A program made the position numbers and the translations under genes. Below, piece by piece: positions 1 through 16,060 of a stretch of DNA of 64,000 nt. Under the pieces are notes generated by a model. It had not been told where the DNA came from and ran no database searches. It saw only the letters and a list, made by a program, of their open reading frames with translations. Position 1 is the stretch's first letter. Each line of letters begins with the position of its first letter. This DNA is from Piromyces finnis finn (Eukaryota > Fungi > Neocallimastigomycota). The stretch covers positions 248,001 through 312,000 of the forward strand of contig MCFH01000020.1 of the NCBI GenBank assembly GCA_002104945.1. Direction: 5' to 3'.

Positions 1-2057
1 CTTTTTTTAACTATGTATTATTTTTTATTTTATTTTTCTTCCTTTCATTATTTTCATCTTTACTTTATTTGAAGTTTCCGAATTTCTACTTACTTTGAAT
101 TATATTAAAAAATGTTTTCTAATAAGTAATAAATCTATATAATCTAGATTTTACTTTATATGGTAAAATCGACCTTTTTTTAACAAAATAAATAAAAGTT
201 TTAATATTATTTTTTTAAATAAATTTATTCTTTTTTAATAGTACTAAAGAAGAATAAAAATTTGATTTTTTTTATTTCTAAATATAAAAATAATATATAG
301 AAATATATATATTTTAAATATCTATTTTTACTATTACTATTAAAAGTAGTTTCGTAAATATTAAAAAATTAAATTTATAAAAAAAAAAGATGATGAAATT
401 TTTGTTTTTATATATGTTTTGAGATTTTTTAATATATTCTTGGATGCCTATAAAAATATTAATAATTTTTTATTAATATGACTTTGTATTATTTATATTT
501 ATATATAATTCTATAATCCATTTATAATTAGTATGAATAAATACTATTTAATTTTATTTCAATATAAAAGAATGTATTGACATTATATATAAACATTGTA
601 TTATAATATATTGTATTTTTTAAATATCATTTTTAGTTGATTATTGATCAATTTTTACACAACTCCTAACCTTTAAAAGAATAGTTTAATCATTTAATTT
701 ATAAATTGTATCTTGGTAAAGAACACATGGATGCATGTGATTAATTAATATATGATTGGAAACTCTATTAAAGTATGGCATAAATAGATTTTAGATTAAT
801 CAAATAATTTCATATGTGTATCTTTGTATTACACTAAATATAAAAATAATAATTAAATAATATATTTGGTAATATATTATTAAATGTGATTCTTTATATT
901 CATTATATTTCTATTTAAATTAATATTTTTAAAAAAAAACATTTTTGATTTCTATAAAGAAAATTACAATAAAAAAATCAGTAATTTAATCATGTTAAAT
1001 AGAAAAAAAAAAGGGTCTTCTTTGTTAAAGTCATGGCGTTGACATTTTATAGAAATGCTTCTTTTTTATTATATCTAATTATTTTTTTTATAATATTTAT
1101 TATAGGGTATTTTTTTTATTAAATAATAAATTATAATTCTACCTCTAAAAATAAATGATTTATTAATATAAAATTTTACAAATAAATTTTCCGTATAACA
1201 AATTTATTCTAATGATTAGTAATTACCCAAATTAAGAAAAAGAGTACTAACAAACAAATTTTGTAAAAATTTTATTTTCCTATTTCTTTTTTTTTAAAAA
1301 AAAAAAACACTATTAATACTACTTCAATAGATTATTTTTTTCTTTCTTAATTATTAAAAGTTCTCTAAATGTTAATAAGGTCTTTTAAATCTTTTATACT
1401 TAGCATTTTATATAGGAAACTAAAAATCAAAAATAGAATAAAAATTGAAATATTGTAAAATTATAATTGTTTTTAATATATTATTCAATATATTATAAAT
1501 ATATTTATGTATAAATGGTTTTAATTGAAATTTTGAATCATTAATTTCATATTAATATTAGGAAGAATAATAAAATAATTTATTTATTAATATACCTAAA
1601 AAAGATTTACATAGGTTACATTTAATTAAATGTTTTTTAATATGTTTTCAATAAAAAGAATTACTTTATCACATATTATAAATATAATTTAATATATGAT
1701 GGTTCCATAAATAAAAAGTATTATTCAAAGTCTTCTTTATTCATTTCATTAAACAAGGAACCAACCACTACCACAGGCTTTTACTTTTAAACTCTAGTAG
1801 TTTGTCATGAGACTTAAACAAGGCATGAAAAAAAATATTTTCTATAGGCAATGAGAGTGAAACCAATATTTATTTTGGTTTTAATGCAAAAAAAAAAAAA
1901 AAAAAAAGCATGACTAATAATTTTATGTATAATCCATTTTATATTGTAAAAAATACTAACACCTCAATATTTAGCCTAATTTGTAGTTAGCATAAAGTAT
2001 TACTAGATTTATTTATAATATTTTTACTTCATAATAATAATAGCAATGATAATATCA

Positions 2058-2262
<205 letters not shown>

Positions 2263-3533
2263 AAATATTATTAAGATTTAAACAAAATGTTAGGACAAAC
2301 TATTAGAAATACATATTTTGAAAAGTTTATTCTTTTCTGTTTTTCAATAGGTTTAGTTGAAAAATAAGTAATGCATAAAAATAAACACTTCCTAAATTAT
2401 CGGATCAAAACAGCATCAATTATTAATTCAAATTAATAAAAAAATACATGGCACCTTTTAATGATCAAGTCATTACTATTCAATAGAACAAGCTATGAAA
2501 AAAAAAAAGAATATCAAATAATCTTTCCTATACCGATCTCTAATATTATTTGTCATAGCAACTAATTTTCTATAAATAAAAAGTTAATTTATGGTTAATA
2601 TGATTTTTATAGATTTTATAGATTTTATTATGGTCTAACATTGATATTATATGGCTATTTTTAGTTATATAATGAAATATATTAATCAATATATGGCTAT
2701 TTATATTAAATAATAGAATATATTAATTAATAGGTGGTTAAAGTCAATTTGGCCATATATTAATTATAAATTAAAATGTATAAAATTTTCTATTTTGATG
2801 GCTAAATTATTTTAGCCATAATTTATTAAAAAATATTTATTTAATAATACATTTATTAAAAGAAGGAATGATATAATATTTAAAAATCTAACCTTTAAAT
2901 ATATAAGTAATATAATAAATAAAAGTTTATTTAAAGATTATCTGTAACAACAACAATAAATATAAGTATTTTTTCAAAGTTAATAATTATAGAGTATAAT
3001 TATTTTTTATTATTTAAAAAAAGAATTCATTAATAAAAAATAATTAAAAATTTTTATTGATTTTATAACTATTCGATTAATTATAAATATTTTATGTATC
3101 ATCCACATAAATTAATTACCAAATTATTCAAAACTATAGTGGATAAAGGTAGGTAAAATTTAAAAATTTAAAATGTATTTTATTTATCTTCGTATTCTAA
3201 TATCCTTATAATGCTTCTTGTGTAGAATTTCATTAATTACTTAACCAATAATAAAAGAAAATGTGTGGAAATGAAAGCTTTAAAAAAAAAAGATATAAAA
3301 ACAAATTATGAAAATATATAGTAAAGAGGGAAAATTAAAACTTTCAAAAGTATATTATATATATATATACTATATTAGAGATTATCTATCGAAAATAATA
3401 CTACAACAATACATGAAAATGTAATAAAATAAAATATAAAAAATAGATATAATAGCTTAAAAAAATGTATTAATGAAAATAATAGAAAAAAAATTAAAAA
3501 ATATATATAATAATATAGATATCATAAGTAGCA

Positions 3534-4062
3534 TTCCTTAGCATACATAAGGCTTCTGGTTCGACCCCGCAGATGTCAGTGCCTGTGGATTTTCCCACTG
3601 GGTTTGCCATGGGTTGGGTTATGATATTCAGGTAAGTATAAATGAACTTTCTAATTTACTACTATGATAATAACACTCGTCTAGCCGGCCTGAGAGGGTC
3701 TGGTGTACATGATACATTCCAAATTAGAACTTAATAAGTGGTGACTTAGGCTATGCCAAAAACACATAATATTCCTTAATCAATTTAAGTGTAAACATTA
3801 GGGGGCGGTTGACACGTGATCAAATTGACTATAAGAGGCTTAGCATTGTAGTTGTGAAATATCGTACAACGACATTCATCTAATGTACATGGATTAAGTG
3901 AGCGTCGAAGCTGAAGAAACAGTATGACAGACCAGGAGGGTCACAACCACCTAGCAATAGGAATGAGCCAACGTTTCTCTAAGAACCACCATTGGAGCTA
4001 ACTCTGATCGATGGGAGAAATGCACTCGGAAGTTAAAAAATAAAAAAAAATAAAAAAAAAAA
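3534..4062 (+). mobile_element. SINE copy 1 (tRNA-derived, 5'-truncated by about 34 nt), recent insertion
   Basis: GC-richer island ending GGAAGTT plus an A-rich tail (4035-4062). 13-bp TSD ATCATAAGTAGCA at 3521-3533 and 4063-4075. B-box GGTTCGACCCC. I count 3 substitutions versus the copy at 44988-45573. Confidence 0.9.
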
Positions 4063-4075
4063 ATCATAAGTAGCA

Positions 4076-5694
<1,619 letters not shown>

Positions 5695-6564
5695 TAATCA
5701 TTAATTATCTTTTTTTTTTTAATATAATAATAAAATTTTTATATCTATCTCGATATATTTATTTATTTATTTATTATTATTATTATTATTTTTTCATAAA
5801 ATTAGCTTTATAGAATTTATATTCAAGAAAAATTAAAAAAAAAAAAAAAAAAAACTTATGTTAAAAGAATTAAAAAATCTATAAAATATAGAAAATTCTA
5901 ATTAAAAAATCCGTAACAAGACATCATCTTATTATCTTATTTCCAAGTATAGTCTTAAAATAAATAATTAATATTATCAAGGCATACACACATACACATA
6001 TATACTATTTTAAAAATTTAATATGATTTTTAATTAGTGTTATAAAGTCATAATACAATATTATTTAAAATAACATATATTGATTATATTTAATATGTAG
6101 TATATATATATATATGAATAATCTTTCATTATATATTGAAAGAAAAGAAATGCAAATATTGATAAAAAATAGTAATTAATATTTATGTTTTTATAAAATC
6201 TATAATACACACAACATAGAATATAATATTTAATATTTTTATAAGATTTTTATTTATTTCTGTCTTCATTTTATCACTTTATTTTGTTAATAAATAAAAA
6301 AATAATATATTTTTCTTTTTAAAAGTATTTATATATATATAAATACTAAACCATTAACACTCTATTGAAAATGAAAAGTTTTTCATTTTATTTTTGTAAT
6401 TAAAAAAATATATTAACCAATAGTCATAGGCTATATAAATTAAAATTACTTTATTTTGAAAAGTATAATCGTTAATTATTACTAATGTAATTATGCTATC
6501 TCTTAAAGAAAGGGTAGTGTATGTATTCATAATAAGGAAATTATAAAAAAAAAAAAAAAGGAAT

Positions 6565-7566
6565 ATGGTAGTGACTCGAGAAAGTTTAAGATTAAAAAAG
6601 AAAAAAGATACGAGTTTTACAGGAAGGAATGAAGATATTAATTTTAATAGGGTGATATTAACTAGAAGTAAAAAAAAGAGAGAAGAAAAACTTTTAAAAG
6701 AGAATACTATAGATATTCTAGGAAATAAAAATAAACGTAAAAGTTCTAAAATTGAAGAAAAAGAAGGGATAAAGAATCGTAGTAAAAAGATAAAGCCATC
6801 AAAACAAAAAAACAATTCCAAAAAAGTAAAGAAAGAAAAGGTTATTGAACCCATTCTAATAGTATCAGATAATGAAAGTAATAATGAAAATTCGTTTATT
6901 GATATTGAAAATATAAGTGAGAGTGAGGATGATACAATAGAAATCTATAATTTAAGAAAGAGAAAGTTAAATTCGAATAATAATAATAATAATAAGGACT
7001 CCGAAGAAGAAAAAGAAGATAAAGAAGAAGAATTTGAATTAGAAATAGTTAGTGATAGTGATTTTGAAATAAAGAAAGAAAGAAAGAAAAAAAAGGAAAA
7101 TAAGAAAAATGAAGAAATAAAATTCAAAAATAAAAATAAAAAAAATGAAAATGGGGGTAATAGGCATAAACGAAAGAAAATATCAAAGCAAGAATTTGAA
7201 AGTGATAATGACGACATTATTATTGTAGAAGAAGAAAAGAGTAATGATAATGATAGTAAAGAATTTTTTGATATGGACAATAAAAAAAATAATAAACATG
7301 ATACAAGCCTAAATAATAATAAAGGTAATAATAAAAATGATATTTTGAATGATACCAGTGTTTCTGAAACAGTTACAATGGAAGATAATTTAAGTGAAGA
7401 AAGTGAAAATGATGAAGAATGGGAGGAAATTGAAATCTCAACAAGTAATAAAATTATATATATATATATTCTAAATTTATAATTCTATATAAGAATTCTA
7501 AATTAATTAAATTGAAGTATTTAAATATAAACTAATTTCTTTAATAATATTTTTAATTGAAATGAA

Positions 7567-7642
<76 letters not shown>

Positions 7643-7860
7643 GATATATAATAATTATATAAAAATAATTAATAATTCAATTTCTATAAAAAGAATCAGA
7701 TATAAGTAGTAGTGATAAATTATTAAAAGATAAGAAGTCTATTACAATTTCAATTGATGAATCAAAATTGTAATATATTATTAATTATATTATAATATAA
7801 TTTCATTGCTGGAAAATTAATTCTTTTTCTTTTCTTTTCTTTAAATTATATATAATTTCT

Positions 7861-7891
<31 letters not shown>

Positions 7892-8800
7892 GTAAAAAAC
7901 AAAAGAAAAAAGGAATTAATAAACAAGATAGAGATTTTAGAAAAACCCTTCATAAAACTCAATTTATTTGTTTTATTATATCATGTCGGATATGGAATTC
8001 ATGGATTAATTCAGAATTAATAAAGGTTAGTAATTTTGTTTATATATTTTATAAAAGTAGTGTTTATATATATATATATATAAATATAAATATAAATAAA
8101 ATGAGAATGAAAATGAAAATAAAAATAAAAAAAAATTAATAATAAATAAAATAATTTAATTATTTTCCTCTATCCTCTTTTCTCGCTTATTTTTCTATAT
8201 TAAAGAATCTTGCATTGTCTATTCTACCAGACTACCTAATATACAATAAAAAAACAATAACATCAGGGAATATTAATCAATTATCCGAATTAATTGAAAA
8301 TTTATGTAAATGGTTTATAAAATTTTTTGGTAAAAAGAACATAGACGATGTACTTAAAAGTAATTCCTTAAATTTAAATAGCCAAAAAGAGAGTCCAAAG
8401 AAAACAACATTAAAAGAAAAAGATAAAAATGAACAGGCAACAAAAGATACTCTACTCTATAAGGATGATACCAATACAATTGAAAAAAAGGTTAAGATTT
8501 TTTATAAAAATTTACTTTATTCTAAATATTTATATTAATATAAAAATCTATAAATATTTATATTTATTTTATTTTATTTTTTTTTCTACAAAAGTATAAT
8601 GTAAAAAATATAAAAATTCTAAGTTTATTTTTTCAAAGACCTCATTGGGTGAAACATTTTTCAAATTCAGAAAATTTATATATAATATTATTTGTTCTTT
8701 TTGCTCGAATTTCAGGATTTCATTGTCGATTTACTGCTTCTCTATATCCTATACCACTATCTTTTTCAAAAAAGAAGCTAATTTCAAGTGAAGGTAGTCT

Positions 8801-8853
<53 letters not shown>

Positions 8854-10822
8854 ATATAGAGTTTAATTTGAATATAGGTTCAATATTAAAATCATGAAAT
8901 AATATTGTGTGTTTAATAATAGCAATAAAATTATGGTGTGAAATTTATTATGAAAAAGAGAAAAAATGGATTCCTGTTAATCCATTGTATTCTACAATTG
9001 TCTATAAGAAACCTAGAGAATATAAAATAAAATGTACTAAACCCATAAATTATATTATATCTATGAGTCAAGGTAATATCTTTTTTTTTTTTTTTTTTTG
9101 ATAAATTATAATAAAAAATAATAAAATTATTTAATATTGTTCCTTCCAATACACATATATAGATGGCTTTATAAAAGATAAAACAAAATTCTATGATGAA
9201 AAATATTATCTTTCTACTTGGAAACTTCGAATGGAAGAAGAGAATTTAGTTTTCTTAATCAATGACTTATTAAATAAAGGTTATAGAGAGGATATATTAA
9301 AAGAAATAATTCCGGAGGATGAAGATCCTGATAAAAATGTACCTTTTCCAACGTCTATTGGTGCCTATGTTAATCATCCATTGTAAAATTTTATATATTA
9401 TTAATATTATTATTATAGTATATATATTTTATATTATTTTACCACTTTTTTAAAATTTTTTCAAAATATATTAATAATAAATAAAATGTATATATATATA
9501 TAATGGGAACTTTTTTTATTAATACATATTAAAGATTTGTTTTAGAGAAACATATAAAGCAATATGAGATTTTAATGGTAAAGGAACCTATATTAGGTTA
9601 TATACGAAATGAACCAATTTATCCAAGAAATAATGTACTTCCAGTTAGTACGGAGGGTCATTGGGTTCGTGAAGGACTTCAAATTAAAGATGGTGAAAAA
9701 CCATTAAAATTTGTAAAATCAAAAGGTTATATGCTTAGACAGTTTAGATTGGATTATTTAATTAAAAAAAATGCAGCGCTTCCTAAGGATTTTGAATTAG
9801 GAGAAGAAATGGTACCACTCTATGGTAAATGGCAAACCGAAGAATATAAACCAAAACCAGTTGTTGATGTAATTCCATTTAATATAATATATATAATATA
9901 TATATATAAAAGAAAATAAATATATAAAAATTGAGAAACAAAACAAAATAAAACAAACAAACAAACAAACAAACAAGCAAAAAAAAAAAAATCTGATCGT
10001 TAAATTATTATGAATAAATAATCATTTTAATTATGATATCTTATATATATCTATTATTAAAGGGAATTGTACCAAAATCTAAATATGGAAATATTGATCT
10101 TTTTAAACCATCCATGCTACCTAAAGGAGCTGTTCATTTAAATTGTAATTGATATCTATCTATTTTTTCAAATATTATAAAATATCATTAAATTATAAAA
10201 ATGTATAAAAAATTTATATAATATATATATTATATAAAAAATTTAGATAAAGGTATTGCTCAAGTTGCTAAACGATTAGGTGTAGATTATGCAGAAGCCG
10301 TCACAGGAATTGATGTTGCAGGTCATCATTGGGTTCCTACAATTAATGGCATTGTTGTGGCAAAAGAGAATGCTGAGAAAGTTCTTTCGGTAAATTTATA
10401 AACATCAATATATATAATATTAAATAATAGTTAATAATAATAATATTGTTAAAAAAATAAATTATTATTATTACTTTTATTTTTAAATTTATAATATAAA
10501 ATATAAAATAGTAATTTTTTTTTTTTTTTCAATAATTATATATATGTATTATGTATATGTTTATTTTTTTTATTTATTATTTCTTTTTTTTTTAATATAA
10601 TTAAAATATTTTTTTTATCCAAACTTCATTTGGAATATGAAAAAGAGATATCAATTTTTTGAAAAAGAAAAACAAAGGAAAATTCAAGAAAGAAAAGAAA
10701 AACGAATTTATGGTCATTGGAGGAGATTAATTAAAAAATTGTTAACAAAAGAGGTTTTAATAGCGAAATACGGTCATGGAAAAAAACCAGAAATCGATAA
10801 TGAAAATGATTTAAATGAATAA
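6565..10822 (+). CDS. RAD4: DNA damage recognition protein Rad4/XPC, about 11 exons (boundaries approximate)
   Basis: Acidic/basic low-complexity N-terminus. Exon RKTLHKTQFICFIISCRIWNSWIN fits the Rad4 transglutaminase-like domain start. LWCEIY..KKWIPVNP, then AYVNHPL|YVLEKHIKQYE, GYIRNEPIYPRNNV, VPLYGKWQTEEYKP, GIVPKSKYGNIDLFKPSMLPKGAVHL, VAKRLGVDYAEAVTG (BHD1-3) and C-terminal HWRRLIKKLL. GT-AG junctions checked in phase for exons 1-3. Confidence 0.92.
7570..7642. repeat. (ATT)n microsatellite in RAD4 intron 1
   Basis: Direct read. Confidence 0.9.
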
Positions 10823-11345
10823 TTATAACATATCTTGTTTAAACAAATACATATATATTTTAAGCATAAAAAAAAAGTGTAATACTAAATAAATAAAAAT
10901 AATTTCTGAAAATAAAATCATTTCTTGGTTTTCAAAATTTTAGTTCCGTCTTTGCTTTTTTTTTTTTATAAAAACTCTTTATTTCATTGTTTATAAAGGC
11001 CATTTTTTTTTTTTTTTTACAAATAATAATATATTCATAAAATTTAATATAAAATGTATACAAAGTTCATATTTTTCTTTCTTTTTCGCTACTTTTTATA
11101 TTTTTTATATAACTAAAAATGATTAATAAATTTAATATTATTTGTAGTGTTTTTATTTTATTTTATTTATTATACTATTGCAATCTTTTATGAATATTAA
11201 TAATATATTAATAATTATTTCATTGACATGTTAACTTTTTGTTAATAATAATATAAAAATACAATATAGTTTAATATTTAAAAAGAAGCCATAATTCTTT
11301 TGTATCATATTATTATCATTATTTTTTTTAGTTAGACGATAAAAA

Positions 11346-13785
11346 TCATTGAGCATTATTTGAACTACCACTACCACTACCGCTTCCACTGCCACTACCA
11401 CTTTCATTACTACTATTATTAATAGAAATATTGATAGGACCCTTATTTTTGGTATTGATATTGATATTGATATTATTATTATTATTATTCTTTGATATAT
11501 TTTTAGAAACGTTACTAATTTTTGAACCAGAATTGTTATTTTTATTCATTTCAATTTTTTTTCTTTCTAAAGAGTTAAGATAGAGATATTCTTCAGGTGT
11601 AACTTTTCCTAACAAGTAATTAAGTTCAAGTGAATTCTTTTCAACTAAAATTAATTTATAATATTGATAATAAAAGAATTAACAAATATTTTTTTTTTTT
11701 AAATTTTATTATTAGAATTATTACGTATAATATAGATATAAATTTTTATATAAATAAAATAAATTAGGACTTACACATTGGATCTTTCTCACTAGTACTA
11801 GCTTGATATTTAACAGTATGACTACTTGATCTTGGTTTACATTTGTATTTTTCACTAGGTTGATATGGATCCATATTTTTACCATCAACACCTACAATTT
11901 TAATAAGTACTCCTAATGGGAATACACCTGTAGTTTCTTTAGTATAATTAACACCATGGGCCCAACCATCATCATAGGTGCAATGACCAAATGAGATTTT
12001 ATCACCTGGAGAAATTTGGAATTCATCATTAAATGCAGGATTGTAATAATATTGAGCTTCAAATTCATGATTGTTTAATATAATATTTTTGTTAACTGAA
12101 TCAACATATGATGGTAACATGGCTGAAACAGGTTGAACATTATTAGCAATAGAATCAACATATGTTGGTAATTCGTTATTTCTTGATGGTTGAATATTAT
12201 TGTTATTTTGTTGATAAAGTTGAGCATTTGGATTTACTATGTTTACTGAGGACATTACAGGTGATGAATTGTTATTAACAGTATAAACATTTGGAACTCT
12301 TGGTAAAGACATTACAGTTGATGAATTGTTATTAACAGTATTAACATTTGGAACTCTTGGTAAAGACATTTCATTATTATTTAATGTATTACGATATTGA
12401 GTATAAGCTATATCATTATTATCAAATGAATTATAGTTAAGCGGCGATGTCATGCTGCTATTATTACTATTATTATTATTATTATTATGATTAACACTGT
12501 TTTCTTCTGGTTTATTTGAATCATTTGATTGTTTATAATCCAATGAATTCCTTATTGGTGATAGAGATAAACATAAATTTGGAGAATCAGTGCGTTTATT
12601 TATTTCATTTGATGTTCCTGTTTTTTCAGGTTTAATTGAGATTACTTTTATATCTTCATCATTTTCTTGCTTATTTACTTTATTACCTCTTTTCTTCATT
12701 AAAAAGATTACACCTCCAAGAATTAATATTATTAAAATGATGCCTCCGCCGATCAATATACCATTACCTGAAGATTTACTATCGTTTTTAGTACTATTAT
12801 TTTCTTTACTTTCAGTTTGAGGATTGTTATTTGCATTTGTATCAATAAATGTATTAGAATTAGAGTTGCTTTTACAATCATTTAAAATTATTTGTTTTTC
12901 CTCTATTTTTGTGTTAATTGCTTTAGTTTTTTTTTATTAAATAAAAATATTCCATATATATTAAAAAATAAAAAAAATTATTAAAATCATATTATTAAAA
13001 AAGAATAATATTAATATTATAAATATTTTGATGAATTATATGATAACATTCATAATGATAAATTAAAATACTTAATAGAAATATTATATAGATACATACA
13101 GTTACTTTCTAAAATCTTTGTGCTATTCTTTATAATTGTTAAAATTTCCTTCAATTCTATACTATTAGGACTTTTTACTGATCTTTTTTTTCTTTGGTTG
13201 TTTTTATCACCATTATCACCATTATCACCATTATCACCATTATCACCATTATCACCATTATTACCATTATCACCATTATCACCATCATCACCATCATTTG
13301 TTTTTTTGTTTTCAAGTATAGGTGTAGCAGCCGTACTTCGAGTCATAGTAGTTCCTTGATTATTATTATTATTGTTGTTGGGATTACTTTGTCCTATGAA
13401 ATTGCATATAAAACAAATGATATACATCAAATTAGATATTGCATAATATTAAGCTTTGTATATTGAACGCTTACCTTCACAAATGTTATTTGGAACTAGT
13501 TTTTCAATTAAATTTCTTATTTCTTTTTATATGTAAAATTTATAAAATTAATATATAAAATTTTTTAAAAATAAATTATTATTTAATAATTTATACCTTC
13601 TTTATTTTTTTCTATCTCTTGAGTTTTATTATAGCATACTCCTTTCAATATTTCCTTTAAATCTGATATATCTAAATTTTTAATAAGAAGATTAATACTA
13701 AATACTATTTATAAAATTTATTTTCATATTTATGATTACCTTTATTTTCATATTCGAATTTTTCTAAATTATCTATAGATTCACC
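11346..13785 (-). CDS. Single-pass membrane protein with cytoplasmic SH3 domain (multi-exon; 5' end uncertain, probably further upstream)
   Basis: TM segment IGGGIILIILILGGVIFL followed by MKKRG. SH3: AQYYYNPAFNDEFQISPGDKI...DDGWAHGVNYTKETTGVFPLGVL. A phase-1 intron (GTAAGT after DPM, acceptor before 11644) joins the last exon 11346-11644. Small upstream exons (GESIDNLEKFEYENK, ISDLKEILKGVCYNK) and a (GDN)n tract. Confidence 0.7.
12251..12370 (-). repeat. 57-bp in-frame tandem duplication inside the SH3-protein CDS
   Basis: Units start at 12251, 12308 and (partial) 12365. They encode MSLPRVPNV(N/Y)TVNNNSS(T/P)V twice. Confidence 0.9.
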
Positions 13786-15305
13786 TTATATTGATATAAA
13801 AGTATATGTTAAATAATATAAAAATATAATTTAAATTATGAATATATAAAATCACTTACAATTATTCATTTTCAAATCAATTTACAATCTACCTTAAAAG
13901 AATAATGTTTATATTGTATTGAATAATATTTTAATATTTCTTTTATCTTTTTAAATTTTTTAAATTTTTATTATTTATTTTCTATTTTCCATATTTAAAA
14001 ATTGAATGATTTTTTTGAAAAGGAAAAAAAGAATTATTAAGAATAAATATTAATATCTGTAACAATAACCAAAATTAATTTATTAGATTTATTAATTACC
14101 TTTTTTTTTTAATTAAATTTATATTTACATATTTTTCTTTTCTTTTTTTTTTTTCTTTCTTTTTTACTCTAACTGTCAATTGATAATGAATAATAAAGTT
14201 ATTTATTCATTAAAATTGTTATCATTAGGTATATATTTTATTTATAATTAAAATAAAATATTCTGATTTATAATAGATATATTAATAAATTTATTATTAT
14301 AAATCTAAAAATTAAATATTTATAAGTATTTTTATAGTTCAATTGAAAAATCAAAAAATTATATAAATGTATATATTTATATATATTGTTTTTTTTTTCA
14401 ATCTTTTTTTTTTTTATTTAATTTATTTATTTATTTTTTACTTTTTTGCTAAAAAAAAAAGAAGCCTTTCACTTTTTATATATTCTTTTTATTTTTAAAC
14501 AATTTTCTAAATTTTTTTAAAAAAGAAAAAGAATAATTAATAAAGTTAATTATATAATTTTCTTATATATTCGTTTATACTCTAATAAATTATTTTACAT
14601 TTTCAAACCTAAACATTTCTGGACTTTTCTTCAAAATTAATTAAATACTACCATATTTGGTCTTTAGTCTTTATCCAAAACAAAAAAAATGATGAATTTA
14701 ATTAAATTTAAAAAGAGTATCATCAATATTTCAATAATATATTAGATAATATTTGAATATACTATAATATATTAATAAAATAAATCAAAGTAATTGTCAA
14801 GTCATTTAATATATAATAAAGTTCACAAATCATATTAATGATCTTATATTATAAATTCTTATATCATTAATCACAGGATTATAATATATATTATTAAATT
14901 AAATAATATATTAATCATATATTAATTTTAATTCAATATTAATTATTTTTTAGTTAATTTGATTTTTTTTGGTGTTTTTTTGGTGGTATAAAAAATATTA
15001 TTATGTAGATGATTAAACTTTTTTGTTAAAATAGATAATAAGCATTGAAGTTTTAGAGGTGAAAAGGTGTTTATTTTTAAAAAAGAGAAACATCATTAAA
15101 TTTTATTAAAAAAAACGAAGGTAATACTGAATATAATTAAAAAAAAAAGTAATGAAAAGAATTTTGAATTTTTTGTTTGTGTGTAACATTAATACCTTTT
15201 ATTTCCAACTTTATTTATTATAAAAATAATTAATTTTGAATCAAAAAAGGATTAAAAGCAAAAGAATTTATTCATAAAAGAAAAAGAGGTGAAGAGCTTT
15301 CTTTT

Positions 15306-15522
<217 letters not shown>

Positions 15523-16029
15523 GTGATAGAAATATGAAAAGAAATTTAAACTTTCAACTATTTTGATAAAGAAAAATATATTGATATTTTCTCAATTTTA
15601 TTTTATCCTTTTTTTTTAATTACTTAACATAGATTTATTTTAACTTGAAAAGAAAAGATCTTTATTTATTTAATATTAACTTTCGGTCTATCAAAAAATT
15701 ATTAAGATAAAGCTAGGAAAAAATAAAAATTTAATATTTAAAAATACTTTGACCATAATCTTTATTAATAATAATGGTATATTTAAATATATATAATTTC
15801 CAATTTCCTTTTAATAATCATCATTATCTTGTCTTGTATTCAACAATTAAATTTTCAAACATAAATCTTTAATTAATAACTGTTTGTATTCCTTTTTTTA
15901 TATTTAGTATTATTAAAAACTATTTAAAAAAAAAAGCAATATATATTGAGGTAGATGAAAACCCTTTTAATTTTTTAATATTTTAAAAAATTAAAATAAT
16001 AAAAAGTTAATTTTTTATTGATTTTATTC

Positions 16030-16060
<31 letters not shown>

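Noticed and set aside
1760-1790. Minus-strand KACGSGWFL resembling a methyltransferase motif I
   Set aside because: An isolated short match surrounded by stops, with no supporting domain.
3682-3699. Annotation of a real rRNA gene or bacterial contamination
   Set aside because: The match is short and interrupted, and is embedded in a poly(A)/TSD-bounded element present three times in fungal-type DNA.
3909-3921. CTGAAGA and GAAAC in the SINE/LINE shared motif as a hammerhead core
   Set aside because: The two core elements overlap, leaving no stem II, and there is no correctly placed NUH site.
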